Source: Pseudomonas sp. DNDY-54 | GTDB lineage: Bacteria; Pseudomonadota; Gammaproteobacteria; Pseudomonadales; Pseudomonadaceae | Reading direction: 5' to 3' | Length of the DNA stretch: 40,000 bases | Assembly: GCF_019880365.1 (NCBI RefSeq) | Contig: NZ_CP082271.1 | Coordinates: 3,446,083 to 3,486,082 of the forward strand | Shown here: positions 34,578 through 40,000 of the stretch, piece by piece | How positions within the stretch are numbered: position 1 is the first letter of the stretch | Layout: each line of letters opens with the position of its first letter | The notes under the pieces: generated by a model | Databases searched by the model: none | Told to the model about the DNA's origin: nothing | The model's input: only the letters and a program-made list of their open reading frames with translations | Position numbers and translations under genes: made by a program

Positions 34578-35051
34578 TTGTTCAGAACAGGGATGTTGAC
34601 GCTGGCTTTGCTGCTGGCGTTACCAGTGCAGGCGGACGCCCAGCGGGTGTACCTGGTGGCCACGATGCAGCTGGACGGCTCCAGCCTGGCGCAAAGTTTG
34701 TTCTTGCACGAACCGGAGATCACCGAGCTGGAAGGCTGCCGGGAAGCGGTGCGCGAGGGCCAGCGCGCACGGGACTGGCAGAAATACCATCACATCTTCC
34801 GCAGCGACCGCTTCAAGGGTTTTTCTGGCCATATGCAGTACCGCTGCGCCTTGACCGACCTGTCGTTCAGCCGGTGGGGAGACGGCCCGCGCTACAACCG
34901 GTCGTACCTGATCGGCGTGGATGAGCATGCGATGCTCAGCGCACAGCGAACGCCGAGCCAGGCCCAATGCATGGCTCAGCTCCGCGCCCTCCCTTCTGCC
35001 AAGCGAACGAACAGCTTTTGCGCCATGAGCAATCAGGACCTCGCACCCTGA
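34578..35051 (+). CDS. Hypothetical secreted protein
   Basis: 157 aa. The TTG start at 34578 lies 9 nt after AGGAG; the ATG at 34593 is an alternative. The signal peptide is LTLALLLALPVQADA. Confidence 0.45.
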   Translation: MFRTGMLTLALLLALPVQADAQRVYLVATMQLDGSSLAQSLFLHEPEITELEGCREAVREGQRARDWQKYHHIFRSDRFKGFSGHMQYRCALTDLSFSRWGDGPRYNRSYLIGVDEHAMLSAQRTPSQAQCMAQLRALPSAKRTNSFCAMSNQDLAP

Positions 35052-35132
35052 GCTGATCAGCTCCGACCGTTGCAGCCCGGCCTTCGGTATTCCAGACCGG
35101 GCTGGGGCGGCTAAAACGATATCGAGCTGGGC

Positions 35133-35591
35133 TCAGGTCGGCTGATAGCTGCCCGGCACGGGCGCGAACGAGACACTGAAGCGATTCCACGCATTGATTG
35201 TCGCGATAGCCAGGGTGAGGTTGGCCAGTTGCGGCTCGGAAAAGTACTCACGCGTCTTCTCAAACAACGCCTGCGAAATGCCGTGCGGTAGCAGCGTATT
35301 GGCCTCGGCCCAGGCCAGTGCGGCGCGTTCTCGCTCACTGAAGAACGGGGTTTCGCGCCAGGCGCTGAGCGCATAGATGCGCTGCTCTGTTTCACCCAGC
35401 GCGCGAGCGTCCTTGGTGTGCATATCGATACAGAACGCGCACTGGTTGATCTGCGAGACGCGGATCTTCACCAACTCCATCAGCGGTTTGTCGACGCCGT
35501 CCTCGCGACGGCTCTGCCGCGCCAGGTAGGTTTCCAGCCCGATCATGGCGGTCATCACGTCGGGGGCGGCGGTCTGGTAGTTCATGCGCAT
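35133..35591 (-). CDS. Carboxymuconolactone decarboxylase-family (AhpD-like) protein
   Basis: ATG at 35591 with a GAGGAG SD. The motif SQINQCAFCIDMH (CxxC..H) is the family signature. Confidence 0.75.
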   Translation of the reverse strand: MRMNYQTAAPDVMTAMIGLETYLARQSRREDGVDKPLMELVKIRVSQINQCAFCIDMHTKDARALGETEQRIYALSAWRETPFFSERERAALAWAEANTLLPHGISQALFEKTREYFSEPQLANLTLAIATINAWNRFSVSFAPVPGSYQPT

Positions 35592-35684
35592 GGTGGTCAC
35601 TCCTCGGTTTGAATGTGCAACCAAGGCTACGCAGCCGCCATGCTGCGCTATTGTAGATTTTCGACATCATCCAAGCGGCCCGTC

Positions 35685-36491
35685 ATGACCGAGATCCTTC
35701 ATGCCCGCCTGCCCTGTCTGCAGGGTTTTATCGCCCGTCCGCCAAGCCCGGCGCTGGCGGCGTATGTGCAGCGTTTCTGGTGGATGGAAGGCGACGGCTC
35801 GCAAGCCTACGACGAACAGCTGCTGCACCCGGACGGCGGCAGCGGCGTCATCTTCAACTTCGCCGACCCGCTGAATTTCGATGGCACTCAGCGCTGGCCG
35901 CGGGCCCTGATCGCCGGGCCGCAGTTGGCCAGCACCCGCCTGCAGCTGGCCGGTCGAGTCAGGCTGATGGGGGTGCGATTTCGCCCCGGCATGGGCGCCG
36001 CGATGTTCGGCATCGCCCTCGACGAACTGGCTGGGCTTCACGACGCGGACTGGCCCAGGCTCGGACTCGCGCACCTGGCCGATCAGCTGGCCGAGCTGGA
36101 CCGAAGCGCGCAGCAGGCCGTGGTCGAGCGCGAGCTGCTCCGTCGTCTCAAAGAAACCCAGGCGAGTCGCGCCCCGGTGCAGCAGCTGCTGGCGCAGATC
36201 GCCGCCGATGGTGGCCGTGCCCGCTTGGCCGATATGCTGCAGACCGTACCGCTCGGCCAGCGCCAGCTGGAGCGCCTGTTCCGCCATCAGGTGGGAATGA
36301 CGCCCAAGCAGTTCAGCCGCATCCAGCGCGTGGCGTTGGTGCGCAACCAACTGCGCACCGGCCAGCCGCTGCTGGACACCGCCCTGGCCTGCGGCTACAG
36401 CGACCAGGCGCACTTCATCCACGACTTCAAGACCGTGGTCGGCATGACGCCGGGGCAATATCGCTTGCGGGTCATGAACAGCAGCGCCTGA
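35685..36491 (+). CDS. AraC-family transcriptional regulator
   Basis: ATG at 35685. The C-terminal HTH region is QRQLERLFRHQVGMTPKQFSRIQR...GYSDQAHFIHDFK...GMTPGQY. It is divergent from the AhpD-like gene. Confidence 0.75.
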   Translation: MTEILHARLPCLQGFIARPPSPALAAYVQRFWWMEGDGSQAYDEQLLHPDGGSGVIFNFADPLNFDGTQRWPRALIAGPQLASTRLQLAGRVRLMGVRFRPGMGAAMFGIALDELAGLHDADWPRLGLAHLADQLAELDRSAQQAVVERELLRRLKETQASRAPVQQLLAQIAADGGRARLADMLQTVPLGQRQLERLFRHQVGMTPKQFSRIQRVALVRNQLRTGQPLLDTALACGYSDQAHFIHDFKTVVGMTPGQYRLRVMNSSA

Positions 36492-36657
36492 AGCGCAGGC
36501 AGCCGCTCGTTGGAATAGCACACTTGCTCTGGAATCGACTGGCCGCGCGTGATCACGTGCCTGGACAGCGCAATCTGGCAAGATCCGAGGGAACCTTGTC
36601 ATTGCGACAGCGGCGCCTCGGCAGCAGACTGCAGCCATCCACCCCGAGAGCTGCACC

Positions 36658-37647
36658 ATGGACACCACCCGCACCGTCGCCTGCCTGATCTACCCGGATG
36701 TGATGAGCCTGGACGTCACCGGTCCGATGCAGGTGTTCGCCTCGGCCAACGTCGAGCGGCAGCGCCAGGGCCTGCCAATGCATTACGAGTTGGTGCTGTT
36801 GGGTGCCGCCGCCGGGCCGGTCGCCACCTCGGCGGGGCTGAAGCTGGTGGCGGATGCCAGCTGGGCCGGGCGCGATCCCGCCACGCTGGACACCCTGCTG
36901 ATCCCCGGTGTTGTCGGCGTGGATAAGCCGAAGCACGACCAACCGCTGCTCGACTGGCTGCGGGCCGCCGAACCCAGAGTGCGCCGCCTGGGCTCGGTCT
37001 GTTCCGGCGCCCTGATCCTGGCCGAGGCCGGGCTGTTCGACGGGCGCAAAGCGACCACGCACTGGGCGGACCTCGCTGCGTTGAGCGAGTACCCGGCCAT
37101 CGAGGTGCAGGGTGATCGCCTGCACACCTACGACCCAACCGATCCACAGGCGGCGCATCTGTTCAGCTCGGCGGGCGTCACTGCCGGTATCGACCTGGCG
37201 CTGGCCCTGGTCGAAGCCGATCTCGGCCGCGCGCTGGCGCTGGCAGTCGCCCAGCGGCTGGTGATGTTTCTGCGCAGGCCCGGCGGGCAGACCCAGTTCA
37301 GCCCAATGCTGGCCGCGCCGAGCGGCAGCGTGGCACGCCTCGCCGCCCTGCTGGAATGGATTCCCGGGCACCTGGGCGACGACCTGTCCATCGAGGCGCT
37401 GGCCGCCCAGGCGCATATGACGCCGCGCACCCTGTGCCGTCTGTTCAGCCAGGAAACCGGAATGGGGCCAGGCCAGTACATCGAGCGAGTGCGCCTGGAA
37501 GCCGCGCGCAATCTGCTGCTCGACGCCCAGGCCTCGATCGCGACGGTGGCGCGGCTGACCGGCTTCGGCCATCCGGAAAACCTCAGGCGCAGCTTTCAGA
37601 AACACCTTTCGGTCAGCCCGCGGGACTTCTTCCAGCGCTTCGGCTGA
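36658..37647 (+). CDS. GlxA-family regulator (DJ-1/PfpI domain plus AraC HTH)
   Basis: 329 aa. The DJ-1-like nucleophile elbow region is VCSGALILAEAGL and the C-terminal AraC HTH is GFGHPENLRRSFQKH..VSPRDF. Confidence 0.8.
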   Translation: MDTTRTVACLIYPDVMSLDVTGPMQVFASANVERQRQGLPMHYELVLLGAAAGPVATSAGLKLVADASWAGRDPATLDTLLIPGVVGVDKPKHDQPLLDWLRAAEPRVRRLGSVCSGALILAEAGLFDGRKATTHWADLAALSEYPAIEVQGDRLHTYDPTDPQAAHLFSSAGVTAGIDLALALVEADLGRALALAVAQRLVMFLRRPGGQTQFSPMLAAPSGSVARLAALLEWIPGHLGDDLSIEALAAQAHMTPRTLCRLFSQETGMGPGQYIERVRLEAARNLLLDAQASIATVARLTGFGHPENLRRSFQKHLSVSPRDFFQRFG

Positions 37648-37736
37648 CGCGCCCGACCTCACTCACCGTTCGCAGCTCGCTCGGCATCTGGCCAGGCAGC
37701 GCTGTGTCCGCTCGTCCCCCTCAAGGAGCCGCCCTT

Positions 37737-38918
37737 ATGCACCTTTTGCTCAGCAATCCCCAGGTCCTACGCCTGTTCATCGCCCAAGCGCTGTTCTGGT
37801 CCTGCTCGATGACCGGGATCATCTTCACTGCCATCGTCGGGCTGCAGTTGGCACCGGCGGCGGGCCTCGCCACCCTGCCGCTCGCTCTGCTGATGCTCGG
37901 CGGCCTCCTCGCCCTGCAACCACTGGCGGGGCTGATGCAGCGCCGCGGCCGTCGCGTCGGCTTTCTCATCGGTGCGTTGGCCGGCGTGTTGGGCGGGCTG
38001 ATCAGCGCGTTGTCGCTCTGGCTCGACAGCTTCACCCTGCTCTGCCTCGGCGCGCTGCCCATCGGCGCCTATCAGGCCTCGGCGATGTATTACCGCTTCG
38101 CCGCGCTGGAAGCGGTCAGCGATGCCTTCAAGGGTCGCGCCACGGCCTGCGTGATCGGCGGCGGTGTACTGGCCGCGCTGATCGCACCCACGCTCGGCCA
38201 CATGGCGCGTGATCTCGCCGGCGTGCCGTTCGCCGGCACCTATTTGTTGATCGCCAGCCTCGCAGCGCTGGGCGCTTTGGTGCTCGCTGGATTGCCGGCG
38301 AGCAGCGGAACGAATGGCGTTCAGGCCGCCCCGCCAGCAGTCAGCTGGCAGGCACTGCTGGCGCGGCCGACCATTCGCGCCGCGGTACTGACCACCGCTG
38401 CCGGCAACGGCCTGATGATCCTGGTGATGAACGCCACGCCCCTGGCGATGCATGGCGAAGGGCTGGATCTGCACGCCAGCGGTCAGGTCATCCAGTGGCA
38501 CATGCTCGGCATGTTCCTCCCGGCGTTCATTGCCGGGTCGTTGGTGGATCGCTTTGGCAGCCGGCTTATCGCCTGCGGCGGCGGAGGACTGCTGATCGCC
38601 AGTGCGGTGGTCGCGCTGCTCGGTGTCAGCCACTGGCACTTCCTGCTCAGCAGCTGCCTGCTCGGTGTCGGCTGGAACCTGATGCTGGTCGCCGGCACCA
38701 CCCAGCTGGGCCAGGGCCACGCCGCGAGCGAACGCGCCCGGGCACAGGGCCTGATGGAGCTGAGCAACGGCAGTGTGGCTGCCGCCATGTCGTTCGCCTC
38801 CGGCGCATTGATCGCGCAGGCCGGCTGGTCGGCGGTGAACCTCGGGCTGCTGCCGATCGTGACGCTGGTGGTGCTGGTGCAGATGGGGCAGGTCTGGCGG
38901 CAGAAGCAAACGGTATAA
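37737..38918 (+). CDS. MFS transporter
   Basis: ATG at 37737 within the long 37356-38918 frame, giving about 393 aa and 12 predicted TM segments. The loop motif is QRRGRRVG. Confidence 0.7.
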   Translation: MHLLLSNPQVLRLFIAQALFWSCSMTGIIFTAIVGLQLAPAAGLATLPLALLMLGGLLALQPLAGLMQRRGRRVGFLIGALAGVLGGLISALSLWLDSFTLLCLGALPIGAYQASAMYYRFAALEAVSDAFKGRATACVIGGGVLAALIAPTLGHMARDLAGVPFAGTYLLIASLAALGALVLAGLPASSGTNGVQAAPPAVSWQALLARPTIRAAVLTTAAGNGLMILVMNATPLAMHGEGLDLHASGQVIQWHMLGMFLPAFIAGSLVDRFGSRLIACGGGGLLIASAVVALLGVSHWHFLLSSCLLGVGWNLMLVAGTTQLGQGHAASERARAQGLMELSNGSVAAAMSFASGALIAQAGWSAVNLGLLPIVTLVVLVQMGQVWRQKQTV

Positions 38919-38953
38919 AAAACGTCTTGGTAACTAGCGGCTGCCGCTGCGGA

Positions 38954-39415
38954 TCAGCCTGCTGGCGACAGCCTGTTCACACGACCGTGGAACGGGAAAG
39001 TCCCGCCCGCTTCCAGCACACGCTCCAATGCGCGAGCCTCCTCGCGGCTTGCCGTCACGCGGAAGCGGATGCAGCAGTGCTCCTCAAGGAACCGCTGCCG
39101 CCCCGCTTCCGTGGTGAGTTCGTGGCCGTCGATGCTGCCGGCGAAATAAAGATGCTTCGCCAATATCGACTGTGTGCTCCTGACATCGGCGGGATTGCTC
39201 CAGTCGCCGCCCGCCCTGAGGATCAAGCGGCTCTGGCGCGATCGCCGATGCTGAATCAGTCGCTTGCGCAGGTTGACGCCGATTCCCACCTTCAGTGCCT
39301 CGCCATCGTCTGTGTAGATTTCGTAGAGTCCCGGCAGCGCAGGAACGTACCGCTCGATTTCCGAAAAGCGGATGGTTGTCATGTCGCTTATCGGGTCGGG
39401 ATTTGACCGCGTCAC
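38954..39415 (-). CDS. GIY-YIG-domain nuclease-like protein
   Basis: 153 aa. The GTG at 39415 overlaps the upstream VOC stop (GTGA); the ATG at 39382 is an alternative. Motifs are PGLYEIY...ALKVGIG.NLRKRL.QH and a later E (LEEH). Assignment is by motif only. Confidence 0.45.
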   Translation of the reverse strand: MTRSNPDPISDMTTIRFSEIERYVPALPGLYEIYTDDGEALKVGIGVNLRKRLIQHRRSRQSRLILRAGGDWSNPADVRSTQSILAKHLYFAGSIDGHELTTEAGRQRFLEEHCCIRFRVTASREEARALERVLEAGGTFPFHGRVNRLSPAG

Positions 39416-39816
39416 AGCGCTGCAGGCCCATCTGGGCGGGCGGCCTCAGAAATCAGATGAATGATATTGGCGGGGCTGGCGATCCAGAACGCCCTGAACC
39501 CCTCCGGCAGGGGCTCGATTTCATCCCGCCGAGCGCATTGCTGTTGCTGTAGATAGGTCGAGGCAGCGTCCAGATCGTCGGTGACGACCTCCAGCCAGAT
39601 TTCTGCCTGGCTGAGGCCTGCCACGCAATCGAGCCAGAGCACCTTGTCGCCAAATGCGAAGCGCGGCGTTTGCTCGTCGTCCGCGTCGCGCGGCGTGAGC
39701 TCCTCCAGCGCGAGGGTGTCGCGGTAGAACGCAACAGTGCGCCCATACTCGTGGGCAGGCACCTTCATCGCGATGTTTCGGCCAGGGTGAAATGTCGGAT
39801 TCATGCTTCGCTCCAC
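39412..39816 (-). CDS. VOC/glyoxalase-bleomycin-resistance-family protein
   Basis: The probable ATG at 39804 gives MNPTFHPGRNIAMKVPAHEYGRTVAFYRDTLALEEL, a typical VOC N-terminal beta-alpha-beta module. Confidence 0.5.
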   Translation of the reverse strand: MERSMNPTFHPGRNIAMKVPAHEYGRTVAFYRDTLALEELTPRDADDEQTPRFAFGDKVLWLDCVAGLSQAEIWLEVVTDDLDAASTYLQQQQCARRDEIEPLPEGFRAFWIASPANIIHLISEAARPDGPAAL

Positions 39817-40000
39817 TCGTCTGTAAGCGGCTTGGGCTCGGCCCGTGTCTCTTGCCCGAGCCCAAAAAGCCTAGACCGACACCTACCTTTTTGCTGATCC
39901 GCTGATACCGAGCGTGCTGCGTAGTGGAGAGTTCATCTTCCCCTGCCTGCCACGCGCCGCTTGAGCAAGCAAAATATACGGCAAATAATTGTTATGTTAT

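Noticed and set aside
39829-39866. Hairpin gggctcgg-N13-ccgagccc near the window end as a terminator
   Set aside because: There is no U-tract on the side appropriate for either flanking transcription direction. It lies in the 5' leader of the VOC gene and its function is undetermined.
1-40000. tRNA, rRNA, IS elements and transposase genes
   Set aside because: I recognised no cloverleaf-like conserved tRNA blocks, no rRNA-like stretches, and no transposase-like ORFs or terminal inverted repeats. The only recombinase is intI.

Overview
High-GC, Pseudomonas-like chromosomal segment; the genus call rests on gene content and GTAGGAGC..GCTCCTAC-type REP hairpins. I could run no database search.

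Layout:
- 1-17.3 kb is ordinary core genome. It holds the fructose PTS operon fruB-fruK-fruA (minus strand) with divergent cra and a perfect Cra operator palindrome. It also holds a MazG-like gene, cmoM, two tandem DUF4136 lipoproteins, small transporters, a DinF-type MATE pump, a catalase-family protein, an alanine/cation symporter and a NYN/OST-HTH protein.
- 17.6-23.1 kb is the notable region: a complete sedentary chromosomal integron. It has an intact intI (minus strand), an attI with repeated TTATACACC motifs and a GTTAGGC crossover, and 10 gene cassettes all on the plus strand.
- Each cassette ends in an attC site. Six attCs are near-identical 76-78 bp copies, two are diverged members of that family, and two are unrelated (112 and 84 bp). 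The cassettes are strikingly AT-rich compared with the flanks.
- Cassette contents: a single-HKD PLD-family nuclease-like protein, a small HNH protein, a DUF1851/Tdi1-like protein, four small multi-TM proteins of unknown function, one unknown soluble protein, one cassette without a convincing ORF, and one decayed terminal cassette.
- 23.1-40 kb is accessory-looking. It carries SRPBCC, two GFA proteins, two PQQ-dependent sugar dehydrogenases, two VOC proteins, a frameshifted EamA transporter, a phytase-like beta-propeller protein, CNNM/CBS, AhpD-like, AraC and GlxA regulators, an MFS transporter and a GIY-YIG protein coupled to a VOC gene.

No rRNA, tRNA or CRISPR array was recognised. The best candidates for undescribed biology are the uncharacterised integron cassettes, especially the nuclease-like and small membrane-protein ones.
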